Shown: positions 19,122 to 28,011, numbered from the stretch's first letter. The stretch is 64,000 nucleotides of DNA from an uncultured Gemmatimonadaceae bacterium (GCA_963817955.1 CAWFQK010000004.1:512001-576000); one strand, 5' to 3'. The notes: generated by a model not told the origin, from the letters alone. Numbers and translations are program-made.

Positions 19122-19349
19122 TCAGCGGCGCGCCCGGCGCCGCGCACTCGGTACGCGCTCGATTAGTTCGCCCGGCTCCACGCAGAATAGCTCGCAGAGC
19201 TTTTCCAGGGTTATGGTGTCGATGCGTTGCACCGGATCACCCTTCGCTAACCGATACGCAGCGGGAACGGTTAGCCCCGACTCGCTCGCGAGTCGATACG
19301 CTGTCCACCCGCGCTTGTGCAACAGCTCTGGAATGCGCCACCGAATCAT
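19122..19349 (-). CDS. Cro/CI-type (XRE) transcriptional regulator
   Basis: WRIPELLHKRGWTAYRLASESGLT...RIDTITLEKLCELFCVEPGELI; GGAG RBS. Confidence 0.88.
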   Translation of the reverse strand: MIRWRIPELLHKRGWTAYRLASESGLTVPAAYRLAKGDPVQRIDTITLEKLCELFCVEPGELIERVPSARRRARR

Positions 19350-19396
19350 TTGCGTTTCTCCCTGTGTCCGCACCCGCAACTTGACCTATTCGTCAA

Positions 19397-19450
19397 GTAA
19401 CGCTAGCGGTACTAACCGCTGTTGACAAGTCATTACGCTAGCGTTACTGT
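19397..19450. promoter_or_regulatory. Divergent promoters with two palindromic operators
   Basis: Plus: TTGACA (19422), 17 bp, TACTGT. Minus: TTGTCA (19428), 17 bp, TAGCGT. Operators GTAACGCTAGCGGTAC (19397-19412) and ATTACGCTAGCGTTAC (19432-19447). Confidence 0.75.
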
Positions 19451-19499
19451 CGGTGCAGCCCGCGTGGGCTCGGATCTACTCACAATCGGAGCGTTGACT

Positions 19500-19661
19500 A
19501 TGGTCAAGACCAAGAGCGGCACGACCCCTCGTACTATTCGTGTCCGCACCCGCACCGTCGATGTTCTGTTTGTCTATAGCAAGGCGCCTGGTGGGCTCAC
19601 ACCCGATGAGGCGACGCGCCTCGGGCTCGCACTCATCGCCATTTCCGACGAAGCCGACTGA
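19500..19661 (+). CDS. Small hypothetical protein divergent from the repressor
   Basis: 53 aa; GGAG RBS; lies between a promoter and a terminator. Confidence 0.6.
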   Translation: MVKTKSGTTPRTIRVRTRTVDVLFVYSKAPGGLTPDEATRLGLALIAISDEAD

Positions 19662-19685
19662 GTACGGCCCTGCCGGATGCGCCAC

Positions 19686-19730
19686 GAATTGCCCGTTTGC
19701 TCTCCAGCAAGCGGGCAATTCTCGTTTCGT
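19686..19730 (+). terminator. Intrinsic terminator
   Basis: 16-bp stem GAATTGCCCGTTTGCT-CTCC-AGCAAGCGGGCAATTC then TCGTTTCGT. Confidence 0.65.
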
Positions 19731-19775
19731 GGTTCGGCGACGACGCAAACTCTCATGGCGAAATCGCGCGCAATG

Positions 19776-19809
19776 TGCTATATTTAGGGACACCAAATTA
19801 GTATTTGGT
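19776..19809 (+). promoter_or_regulatory. Extended -10 promoter and adjacent palindrome upstream of the terS operon
   Basis: TGcTATATT (19776-19784); ACCAAAT-TAGT-ATTTGGT (19792-19809). Confidence 0.5.
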
Positions 19810-19915
19810 TTTGCATTCCTGCTCCGGCGAAACAACCCGCCGTTGAGCCTAAGGCCCCGGCGCAGAAGGTCCACCCGCCGCCGCGCGCCCCACCGGAAGT
19901 CCTCGGAAACGCTCT

Positions 19916-20116
19916 ATGAAAACAGACCCGCTCGCCGGCTACCTCACGCTGCGCGACATCACGCCACTCGTCGGCTCGTACTTCACCGCGTACAGTCTCG
20001 CCGCCGCCGGCCAATTCGGACCGCCGGTCATAGTCGGACGAACGCAGTTCTTTTCCCAGCGCACCGCTGAACGCGCAATCGAGAAGCGGACCGCCGCGAA
20101 AGTGGCCGGCCGCTGA
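19916..20116 (+). CDS. Small AlpA/Xis-like DNA-binding protein
   Basis: YLTLRDI...AYSLAAAGQFGPPVIVGRTQFF resembles the AlpA-type pattern. Confidence 0.6.
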   Translation: MKTDPLAGYLTLRDITPLVGSYFTAYSLAAAGQFGPPVIVGRTQFFSQRTAERAIEKRTAAKVAGR

Positions 20117-20328
20117 TGAGTCTCCTCATCGACAAAATCATGCTACGCGAGTACCTCCGCATCGGCACGAGACAAGCGCTCGGACCGGAGGGCACGCCGC
20201 TCCAGTACCTCGCCGTGCTCGCGCATGAATGGCAGTGCTCCATCCCCGCTGCGGTGGAACGCCTCACGGCGCAACTTCATCGTGATATGTCAACTCTCCC
20301 GGGGGAGCAATCACCGGAGGTAGAGTGA
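20116..20328 (+). CDS. Hypothetical protein
   Basis: 70 aa; overlaps both neighbours by TGATG. Confidence 0.6.
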   Translation: MSLLIDKIMLREYLRIGTRQALGPEGTPLQYLAVLAHEWQCSIPAAVERLTAQLHRDMSTLPGEQSPEVE

Positions 20329-20852
20329 TGGCCGGCAAACCAAAAGAAGCTCGTCTACTCGCGGCGCTTGAGAAACGCGCGGTACGGGAACTCGGCGACG
20401 GCGCGACGCCGCTCGACTTCGTTTGCGACTACATCAGCGGCGGCAAGACGTTTATTGATCTCGCCGGGGAGCTAGCAACGGAACTGGGCGAGTCGGTCTC
20501 ACGTCAGTTCATCTCTGGCACGGCGAACGCGCTCGCCCCCGATGCGAAGGCCCGCATTACCGTTGCACGACAAGAAGGTGCTATGGCGCTCGCAGAGGAT
20601 ACGCTGTCAATCGCCGACGATGCCGAGCCCACAGCGGGCGGAGCGGCAAAGGCCCGCGTACAAATCGGTTCAAGGCAATGGCTGGCCGAGCGATTCAACT
20701 CCGCGCAGTTCGGCGGAATGAAGGGACAGGTCAACGTTTCATTCGGCGCCCTGATGCTTGAGGCGCTGCGCCAGCCGCCACCGATAAGGCCAGTCGTTGA
20801 GAACGTTCCTCTTCTTTTGACGGGTACGACCGAAGATGCTGGCCCGGCATAA
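20328..20852 (+). CDS. Terminase small subunit-like protein (Sf6-type)
   Basis: N-terminal HTH (ISGGKTFIDLA) and ARQEGAMALAEDTLSIADD...KARVQIGSRQWLAERFNSAQFG, matching the Sf6-like TerS pattern as I recall it; GGAGG RBS. Confidence 0.75.
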   Translation: MAGKPKEARLLAALEKRAVRELGDGATPLDFVCDYISGGKTFIDLAGELATELGESVSRQFISGTANALAPDAKARITVARQEGAMALAEDTLSIADDAEPTAGGAAKARVQIGSRQWLAERFNSAQFGGMKGQVNVSFGALMLEALRQPPPIRPVVENVPLLLTGTTEDAGPA

Positions 20853-20891
20853 GCCACGGCGAGGCGTAGCAGGCCCCAGCACCGCGTAGGA

Positions 20892-20944
20892 GCGAACGAA
20901 GGCCGCTGCTGAGGGAAAGACCCTTGGCAGCGGCCTTCGTTCGC
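20892..20944. terminator. Long hairpin, bidirectional terminator between convergent genes
   Basis: 24-bp stem with two G-T pairs: GCGAACGAAGGCCGCTGCTGAGGG-AAAGA-CCCTTGGCAGCGGCCTTCGTTCGC. Confidence 0.65.
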
Positions 20945-21036
20945 CGCGTGCGCTACCCGGCCCACGGCTTTCACTACATCCCCGTTTCCTGACGGTCTGC
21001 GTCTGGCCGCTCCGGGAGTGACCCGGACGCGCCGCT

Positions 21037-21423
21037 CTACTGCTTGCAGCTCGGATCACGGAAGCGAACAACCGTCCCCGAGAGCACAGCGCGGTGGTCC
21101 ACGTCAACACCTCCGTTCACGCCAGGGCTCACGCCCTCAATCGTCTGCTCCGACGCAACCCGGATGACCGCATCGCCGCCGAGTTCGCGCGCGCTACTCC
21201 GCATAGCGTCTGCGAGATCATCTGGTTTCGTCCAAAACGTGCGGGGGCGAACACTCACGAGACCGACTTCATCGAACGCGCACCGGGGAAGCTGCGCATT
21301 GTAAAGCGTTACGGGAGCGTCAGCCGGCCGCGCATCTGCCGCTGTGGGTGCAAGCCGCGTCACGCGCACAGCCGGGGCGCACGCCACGGCCAACAGTAAC
21401 AATCCGAACACGCGTAGACGCAT
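21037..21423 (-). CDS. Cargo lipoprotein, YbjQ-like fold suggested
   Basis: MRLRVFGLLLLAVAC lipobox; FDEVGLV...ARELGGDAVI motif; GGAG RBS. Confidence 0.75.
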   Translation of the reverse strand: MRLRVFGLLLLAVACAPAVRVTRLAPTAADARPADAPVTLYNAQLPRCAFDEVGLVSVRPRTFWTKPDDLADAMRSSARELGGDAVIRVASEQTIEGVSPGVNGGVDVDHRAVLSGTVVRFRDPSCKQ

Positions 21424-21681
21424 TGTCGCTCCAGTCAATGTCAGAGTTGTTGGATCACTCATCCCGAACTCAGACGAACGTACGAAGACCAACGCAACCG
21501 GCAGTGGACTGCGACACGAGAAGTTGCGGTATCTTGGCGTCTTTCCGCGACGCGGCCTTAGTGGCGCCGCGTCTTGCCACGCCAGGGGCCTTCCCGTCGC
21601 GGCCTTCACACCCCCGCGCAGGATGATTACGACGCGGCACAATGGGAAGTAGCTGGGGCTGCGCAGACCGGTCGGAACGAC

Positions 21682-21724
21682 AAAGCCCGCTTGCTCAGGT
21701 GAGGTTCACCTTGGCAAGCGGGCT
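21682..21724 (-). terminator. Terminator-like hairpin just inside the right end of the element
   Basis: AGCCCGCTTGC-tc-AGGTGA-ggt-TCACCT-tg-GCAAGCGGGCT; short T run on the minus strand. Confidence 0.6.
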
Positions 21725-21734
21725 GTGTAGGTCT

Positions 21735-21757
21735 TGGTCGCAGTTGTGGTCGCGGTT
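21735..21757. repeat. Candidate integrase arm-type sites, right pair
   Basis: TGGTCGCAGTT and TGGTCGCGGTT in tandem, ~105 bp from the att core. Confidence 0.65.
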
Positions 21758-21862
21758 CGTTCAGGAAAGGCCCGGCATCGAGCAACAAAGGTCCGTCAGA
21801 TCGCGCGAGCTGTCAGAGTGAAAACCGACAACTTGCCGGACTTTGCTACCCCAGTCCATTCA

Positions 21863-21902
21863 CTTTCCAGGCGTGCGCCTTAAACCACTCGGCCACCCAT
21901 CC
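21863..21902 (-). repeat. att core, right copy: orphan 5' half of tRNA-Ser(GGA)
   Basis: 40-bp identity to 12213-12252; similarity stops just past the anticodon loop. Confidence 0.95.
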
Positions 21903-21991
21903 TTGAAGGGTCGTTCCTACCTTCCCACAAACTGCAACCGGCGCGATCGGCTCTGACATGCCGCCGCGCCGGTTGGCCATACACATCGAGG

Positions 21992-22081
21992 CGGACAGGG
22001 AGAGATTCGAACTCTCGATACCGGGTTCACCGGTATGCCGGTTTTCGAGACCGGTGCCTTCAACCGCTCGGCCACCTGTCC
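21992..22081 (-). tRNA. tRNA-Ser(CGA)
   Basis: GGACAGG/CCTGTCC acceptor stem with discriminator G; CCGGT-CT-CGA-AA-ACCGG; long variable arm; GTTCGAATC. Confidence 0.97.
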
Positions 22082-22094
22082 GAGGCAGCCAACA

Positions 22095-22123
22095 AGATTA
22101 GGCCGTAGATGCTGATGTGTCAA
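22095..22123 (-). promoter_or_regulatory. Sigma70 promoter of tRNA-Ser(CGA) within the tadA 3' end
   Basis: TTGACA, 17 bp, TAATCT; the -10 TAA is the tadA stop codon. Confidence 0.8.
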
Positions 22124-22604
22124 CGATTTGACGTCGCGCACGAAAGAAGCGCGTCAACATCTCGGCCGATTCGTCACTGCGCACGCCGGCAAGCACCTCG
22201 GGACGATGATTGAGACGCGGGTGGCGCAACAGGTCGGTGACCGACCCCGCCATGCCCGCTTTATCGTCCCATGCGCCGAACACTACCCGTGCGACGCGTG
22301 ACAACACGATCGCCCCGGCGCACATGGCACACGGCTCGAGCGTGATATACACCGTGCAGTCGTCGAGTCGCCAGGCTCCGAGCGCGGCCGCAGCGGCGCG
22401 GATCACCAGCGCCTCGGCGTGTGCGGTTGGATCGTGATCACGGACCGTGCGATTGCCGGCGCGCGCCAACACCTCGCCGTTGCGCACCATCACGGCTCCC
22501 ACCGGCACTTCAGCCGCCGCTTCCGCCGCGCGCGCTTCTGCGAGCGCGAGACTCATCCAGCGATCATCGTCGGGGCGAGGAATCATCCCTCGAATATCAC
22601 CCAC
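22098..22604 (-). CDS. tadA: tRNA adenosine(34) deaminase
   Basis: EVPVGAV, DPTAHAE, TLEPCAMCAGA, LNHR. Confidence 0.95.
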   Translation of the reverse strand: MGDIRGMIPRPDDDRWMSLALAEARAAEAAAEVPVGAVMVRNGEVLARAGNRTVRDHDPTAHAEALVIRAAAAALGAWRLDDCTVYITLEPCAMCAGAIVLSRVARVVFGAWDDKAGMAGSVTDLLRHPRLNHRPEVLAGVRSDESAEMLTRFFRARRQIVDTSASTA

Positions 22605-22618
22605 ATCAGCCGGCGCCG

Positions 22619-25228
22619 CTACGCGCCGACCGTTTCCTTCGCCGGCTCGTTTGAGAACTCTAGTTTGCCGGTCCCGTCCGGACGCACGATGATCGCGTCT
22701 CCGTCGCCAAATTTGCCCTCGAGCACTGCCATCGCCAGCGGATTCTGGATGAGCCGCTGAATGGAGCGCTTCAGTGGACGCGCGCCGAACGCGGGGTCGT
22801 AGCCGTCCTCGGCGAGCAGACGTTTCGCCTCGGGCGTGACGACGATCGTCATCTTTCGGCCCTCGAGCAATTGCTCCAACCGCTTGAGCTGGAGGTCCAC
22901 AATCTTCTCGATCTGCTCGGTAGCCAGCGGATGGAAGATGATTATGTCATCGACGCGGTTGAGGAACTCCGGCTTGAACTGCTGCCGCAGCGTCGCCATC
23001 ACCTGCGTCTCAACGAGCGCCCAATCACCGCGCGCGTGCTCGAGGATGAACATCGAGCCCAGGTTGGACGTCATGATGATCACCGTGTTGCGGAAATCGA
23101 CCGTGCGCCCCTGCGAATCGGTGAGCCGTCCGTCGTCCAGAATCTGCAGCAGGATATTGAAGACATCGGGGTGGGCCTTTTCGATCTCGTCAAAGAGGAT
23201 CACCGAGTACGGGCGGCGGCGAACCGCTTCCGTCAGTTGGCCTCCCTCTTCGTATCCGATGTAACCCGGCGGCGCGCCGATCAGTCGCGCCACGGCGTGC
23301 TTCTCCATGTACTCCGACATGTCGATGCGTACCATCGCGTGCTCGTCGTCGAAGAGGAACTCCGCGAGCGCACGCGCCGTCTCTGTCTTGCCGACACCAG
23401 TTGGCCCGAGAAAGATGAACGACCCGATCGGTCGATGGGGGTCCTGCAGTCCGGCGCGCGAGCGGCGCACCGCGTTCGCCACGGCGCGCGCGGCTTCTTC
23501 CTGCCCGATCACGCGTTTGGACAATTCCTCGTCGAGCTTCGTGAGGCGCTCGCGCTCGCTCTCGAGCATTCGTGTCACAGGAATGCCCGTCCAGCGCGCC
23601 ACCACTTCGGCAATGTCTTCGGCCGTGACTTCTTCCTTCAGGAATTGCGGGCGGCCGTCCTGGCTAGCGAGCTTCTGCTCCGTTTCATGCATGCGGCGCT
23701 CGAGCTCCGGAATGCGCCCGTACGTGATCTCGGCCGCCCGGTTCAAGTCGCCGCGACGCGTCGCCTGCTCTGCCTCAATGCGCGCCTGGTCGATCTCCTG
23801 CTTGATCTTGCCGACACCGCCCAGCATCTCCTTTTCCTGCTGCCACTGCGCCTTCATCGCCTGCGAGTGCTCGCGCGACTCCGACAGCTCACGTTCGAGT
23901 TCCTCGCGACGCTCCACGGCACCGCGGTCCTTCTCTTTCTGCAGCGCTCGGCGTTCGATCTCGAGCTGCATGATACGACGCTCGACTTCGTCGATTACCT
24001 GCGGCATGGAGTCGATCTCAATGCGAAGGCGCGACGCGGCTTCGTCCACCAGGTCGATCGCCTTGTCAGGCAGAAAACGATCGCCGATGTACCGATGTGA
24101 CAGGGTCGCCGCCGCCATGATCGCGTCGTCGGTGATGCGCACCCCATGGTGCGCTTCATAGCGTTCCTTGAGGCCGCGCAAGATGGCGATGGTGTTCTCC
24201 ACACTCGGCTCGCCGACGTACACCGGCTGGAAGCGGCGCTCGAGCGCCGCATCTTTCTCGACGTGCTGGCGATACTCGTCGAGCGTCGTCGCACCCACGA
24301 CGCGCAGCTCACCTCGCGCCAGCGTTGGCTTGAGCATGTTGCCGGCATCCATCGAGCCTTCGGCCTTCCCCGCCCCCACGATGGTGTGCATCTCGTCAAT
24401 GAAGACGATATACAGGCCCTGCGAATCGGTGATCTCCTTGAGCACTGCCTTGAGGCGTTCCTCGAACTCGCCGCGGAACTTCGCGCCGGCGATGAGCGCA
24501 CCCATGTCGAGCGACACCAGCCGCTTGTTCTTCAGACCCTCCGGCACGTCGCCGTTCACGATCCGCTGCGCGAGCCCCTCGACGATTGCCGTCTTGCCGA
24601 CGCCGGGCTCGCCAATGAGCACCGGATTGTTCTTGGTCCGGCGCGACAGGACCTGGATGACCCGACGGATCTCCTCGTCACGACCGATCACTGGGTCGAG
24701 CTTTCCCTTGCGCGCTGCGTCCGTGAGATCGCGCGTGTAGCGCTGCAGCGCCTGGTACTGGTTCTCAGGACTCTGATCAGTGACCCGGTGCGATCCGCGC
24801 ACGCTCTCGAGCGCAGACACAAGCGCCTCGTGCGACGCACCCATGCCGCTGAGGATGGCTCGCGACTCCGCGCCCTTGGTATCCGACAGCGCGAGGAGCA
24901 GGTGCTCGGTCGACACGTACTCGTCGCCGAGGCGCTTTGCTTCGTCCTCGGCCTTATCGAAGACCTGGTTCAGCTCGCGCGACATGGTCGGCTGCGCATC
25001 GGACTGCTTGGGGTAGCGGTCGATTTCGCGCCCGACTTGCTCTCGGAGCGCGGTGACGCTCGCGCCAAGCTTCTGAAGGACGGGTACTACGATGCTCTCG
25101 TCCTGGCCCAACAGCGCGGCGAGCAAGTGCAGATCGTAGGCGACGGGATTGCCGTTGCGCCGAGCGAGGTTGACGGCCTCGTTCAGTGCTTCACCCGCCT
25201 TGACGGTGAGTTTGTCGGTATTGATCAT
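22619..25228 (-). CDS. clpB: ATP-dependent chaperone ClpB
   Basis: 869 aa; two AAA+ modules ([16 protein letters not shown]); long coiled-coil middle domain. Confidence 0.97.
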   Translation of the reverse strand: MINTDKLTVKAGEALNEAVNLARRNGNPVAYDLHLLAALLGQDESIVVPVLQKLGASVTALREQVGREIDRYPKQSDAQPTMSRELNQVFDKAEDEAKRLGDEYVSTEHLLLALSDTKGAESRAILSGMGASHEALVSALESVRGSHRVTDQSPENQYQALQRYTRDLTDAARKGKLDPVIGRDEEIRRVIQVLSRRTKNNPVLIGEPGVGKTAIVEGLAQRIVNGDVPEGLKNKRLVSLDMGALIAGAKFRGEFEERLKAVLKEITDSQGLYIVFIDEMHTIVGAGKAEGSMDAGNMLKPTLARGELRVVGATTLDEYRQHVEKDAALERRFQPVYVGEPSVENTIAILRGLKERYEAHHGVRITDDAIMAAATLSHRYIGDRFLPDKAIDLVDEAASRLRIEIDSMPQVIDEVERRIMQLEIERRALQKEKDRGAVERREELERELSESREHSQAMKAQWQQEKEMLGGVGKIKQEIDQARIEAEQATRRGDLNRAAEITYGRIPELERRMHETEQKLASQDGRPQFLKEEVTAEDIAEVVARWTGIPVTRMLESERERLTKLDEELSKRVIGQEEAARAVANAVRRSRAGLQDPHRPIGSFIFLGPTGVGKTETARALAEFLFDDEHAMVRIDMSEYMEKHAVARLIGAPPGYIGYEEGGQLTEAVRRRPYSVILFDEIEKAHPDVFNILLQILDDGRLTDSQGRTVDFRNTVIIMTSNLGSMFILEHARGDWALVETQVMATLRQQFKPEFLNRVDDIIIFHPLATEQIEKIVDLQLKRLEQLLEGRKMTIVVTPEAKRLLAEDGYDPAFGARPLKRSIQRLIQNPLAMAVLEGKFGDGDAIIVRPDGTGKLEFSNEPAKETVGA

Positions 25229-25240
25229 GCCGATTGAGGG

Positions 25241-25256
25241 AGCAACCTCGGTGCCT
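25241..25256 (-). promoter_or_regulatory. Sigma54 (-24/-12) promoter candidate for clpB
   Basis: AGGCAC-CGAGG-TTGCT matches TGGCAC-N5-TTGCW with exact spacing. Confidence 0.65.
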
Positions 25257-25357
25257 CATGAATACGCCAAAGCGGCGGATTTCTGGGATAGGCTAATAAT
25301 AGATCTGCCGATCCGGCGGGCGTCGCCATGGCAAAATAGACGAGCGCCAATTCGAAT

Positions 25358-27193
25358 TTATGAGCGTCGCCACACACGCCCAGTCGCTTGCCGAGTTGTA
25401 TATCCCACCCGGTCGCAATACTCGAGTAATGGGATCAGATACTTACGTGACATGCCAAGGGCTTCCCTCAACTCCGATGGACCAACCTCACCCCCGCCTG
25501 CCATCGCACTCCGCAACCTTTCCACCAGCGCCTCAAGCCGATCTGCGGCATAGTACCGATTGGCTTCGACTTGTACGACTCGTCCCGTTCGCTCCAGGTA
25601 TCGAAGGCAGGCAGCGACGTCGTCGTTGCTTCCCGCCGACAACTCCTCGAGTGAAGGCGGCTCGGAATCAGCTTGTTCCAGGACTGAAAAAAGCGTTTCC
25701 AGCAAAACCGCCTGTTCCACAGTAGGGCGGGGCGACCAACCGGCCAGAAGAATGGCACCCGAACTGCTGATCAGCCCGCCGGACTCGAGTTCGGTCGTCA
25801 GGGCTGATTCCACAATCTCATCACCACCCCGAACAGAGTCTCGTAACCCTTGCGTCGGGATGCCGGTTTCGAGTGGGTGATCCACGTGGTAGCGCTCGAC
25901 CGCCGCAATGAGTTGCGCGCGCAAAGCGGCGAACGTCGACGCGGCGACCACCCAGCGGGACGCCATGACAACAAATCGCTCGGCTGTCGATTCAAGAAGC
26001 CGCCGGCATTCGGCCGCCGACGCGCCCAGCCGAATGGGCAGCGTGGTGACATCGAGCCCTTCGGCGCCCGCCTCGCTCACGAGAGCGTCGAGCCGCTGCT
26101 CGCTCGAGAGTCCCGGTCGCCATGGACGCGCACGTCGCGGCGCATACGGATCTGTGATGACGCCACCGGCTATCGTATTCAACGGTGCCGAACTGCGCAC
26201 AACGAAGCGATCCCCTGCGCGCAGGAGCACCGGTTCATCCAGTACGAGGCGCGCGGCAAACGCGCCGCTCGTGCCGGCGTCACGCGCGACGATACGCACG
26301 CCGACGTCGGACGTGCCGACGTGCAGGCGAAACCACGTCCGAGGGCGAATGGCGAGGTCGACACCCGGCACGAGCGTGACATCGGCGCGCGCGAGACTCG
26401 TCGGACGCCAGCCCTTGTCCGTCACGAGTGTCGATCCATGGGGCACATCGGCGACCTCGACACCGGAAAGCGCCACCGCGGTGCGCGCTCCAGGCTGCGC
26501 CGCATCGAGCTGCACGCCATGTCCCTGAATGGCCCGCACGCGAGCGACCCGCGTGCCTGGCAAGATGCGGACACTGTCATCACGAGTGAGACGGCCGGAC
26601 CAGACCGTGCCGGTCACGACGGTCCCGGTTCCTTTGATCGTGAACACCCGGTCGATCGGAAGCCGGAAGAGATCGCCGCCTGCGCGCGCCGGAATGGATC
26701 GCGCAACGGCACCTAGTGCGTCGCGCAGAGCCTCAATGCCGCGGCCGGTCTGGGCCGAGGTCGGCACAATCGGAGCGTTCGGCAGCGCGGCGAAGGTGGC
26801 CGCGCGGACGTCGTCCTCGACGAGTGCGAGCCAATCGTCGTCGACGAGATCAGTCTTGGTGAGCGCGATGACTCCAGCGCGCACGCCGAGAAGCTGGAGA
26901 ATGGCGAGATGTTCTCGCGTTTGCGGCATCACGCCTTCATCGGCCGCGATGACCACGAGCGCGAGATCGATTCCCGTGGCGCCGGCAACCATGGTGCGAA
27001 CGAACGCTTCATGGCCCGGCACGTCGACAACGCCGATGGTGCCGACGCCGTCGAGCACCAGAGGCGCGAAACCGAGCTCGATCGTGATCCCCCGCCGCCT
27101 CTCTTCCGGCAGACGATCGGTGTCGACACCGGTGAGGGCGCGCACGAGCGTGGTCTTGCCGTGATCAATGTGACCGGCCGTTCCGAGAATCAT
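25358..27193 (-). CDS. selB: Selenocysteine-specific elongation factor
   Basis: MILGTAGHIDHGKT, RGITIELGF, DVPGHE; C-terminal SRKYLIPLLEY. Confidence 0.95.
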   Translation of the reverse strand: MILGTAGHIDHGKTTLVRALTGVDTDRLPEERRRGITIELGFAPLVLDGVGTIGVVDVPGHEAFVRTMVAGATGIDLALVVIAADEGVMPQTREHLAILQLLGVRAGVIALTKTDLVDDDWLALVEDDVRAATFAALPNAPIVPTSAQTGRGIEALRDALGAVARSIPARAGGDLFRLPIDRVFTIKGTGTVVTGTVWSGRLTRDDSVRILPGTRVARVRAIQGHGVQLDAAQPGARTAVALSGVEVADVPHGSTLVTDKGWRPTSLARADVTLVPGVDLAIRPRTWFRLHVGTSDVGVRIVARDAGTSGAFAARLVLDEPVLLRAGDRFVVRSSAPLNTIAGGVITDPYAPRRARPWRPGLSSEQRLDALVSEAGAEGLDVTTLPIRLGASAAECRRLLESTAERFVVMASRWVVAASTFAALRAQLIAAVERYHVDHPLETGIPTQGLRDSVRGGDEIVESALTTELESGGLISSSGAILLAGWSPRPTVEQAVLLETLFSVLEQADSEPPSLEELSAGSNDDVAACLRYLERTGRVVQVEANRYYAADRLEALVERLRSAMAGGGEVGPSELREALGMSRKYLIPLLEYCDRVGYTTRQATGRVWRRS

Positions 27194-27969
27194 GTGGCTC
27201 CTTCTCCCGCCTCTCCCGTCCAGGCATCGCGCTCCCACACATCGAACGCGATCAGCGGCCGTTCGTCGGCCAAATGCTCGCGCACGAACTCGCGAAGCAA
27301 ACGCTGATGGGCACGGACGTCGCTCGTGTCGCTGAGCGAATGTGACGTTCCACCGAGCCAGTCTCGTAACGCGGATCGCGCTGCAGGGGGCAGCGAGCGC
27401 CCGCTGCGCATGAGGTGGCTGCAGCGGTCGCAGATGACGCCGCCGGCTGGATGGCTGAACACCGCGACCGCGCTGGTGTCGATCGCTGCGTGACACTCGG
27501 CGCAATTGTCGATCGTTGGGGCGACGCCGAGCTCGGCAAGCACGCGCCAGGCTCCACCCAGCGTGACGCCCCGCACACGAGCGGAAGACGCCAGAGCAAT
27601 TTCGTCGAGCGCTCCGGCAACGGTGTCGAACAAGCCGGGGTCGGCTGCGTCACGAGCAAACCGCAGGATCAGCTCGGCGATCGCGCTTGCGCCGGTAAAG
27701 CGTGCGAGCTCCTCAGCAAGCCGCGGCCGCGCACGCGTGACGTCGAAATCGCCGAGGGTGTCGAGCTCGCGCCCTGGCTTCACGTGCAATTCGGCCTCTC
27801 CCTGGGCAAACAGATCAAGCGCTGACCCGAACCGTTTCTTCGATCGGCGGACCCCGCGCGCAAGCACGGAACGCACACCCACATCGCGGGTGACCAGCCG
27901 GAGAATCCGCGAGGACTCGAGATAAGCGAAGCTGTGCAGCACGATCGCGTCGGTGACGACAAGGGACAT
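27190..27969 (-). CDS. recO: DNA repair protein RecO
   Basis: TDAIVL...ESSRIL...ARGVRR; zinc finger CAEC...GGVICDRC. Confidence 0.92.
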   Translation of the reverse strand: MSLVVTDAIVLHSFAYLESSRILRLVTRDVGVRSVLARGVRRSKKRFGSALDLFAQGEAELHVKPGRELDTLGDFDVTRARPRLAEELARFTGASAIAELILRFARDAADPGLFDTVAGALDEIALASSARVRGVTLGGAWRVLAELGVAPTIDNCAECHAAIDTSAVAVFSHPAGGVICDRCSHLMRSGRSLPPAARSALRDWLGGTSHSLSDTSDVRAHQRLLREFVREHLADERPLIAFDVWERDAWTGEAGEGAT

Positions 27970-28011
27970 GACAGAAAGCTATCTCTCAGTCGCCCCGCGC
28001 GAAGGTGATCA

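Larger units (their letters stand above)
12213..21902. mobile_element. Integrated phage-satellite-like (PICI-like) element at tRNA-Ser(GGA)
   Basis: Perfect 40-bp flanking direct repeat; integrase at one end; primase-helicase, iterons, repressor and TerS; no structural genes. Confidence 0.88.

Noticed and set aside
20892..20944. Integron attC site (AAC...GTT ends)
   Set aside because: Short, no extrahelical bases, poor R-box match and no IntI-type integrase; a terminator between convergent genes explains it
12213..21902. Intact prophage or conjugative element
   Set aside because: No capsid, portal, TerL, tail, lysis, relaxase or T4SS genes between the att copies
21863..21902. Third functional tRNA, or a split/intron-containing tRNA
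   Set aside because: Only the 5' 40 nt are present and a complete copy exists at 12166-12252; an att duplication explains it
21917..22141. 74-aa ORF over tRNA-Ser(CGA), and the similar ORF 12230-12502
   Set aside because: They overlap tRNA or integrase sequence and have no protein features
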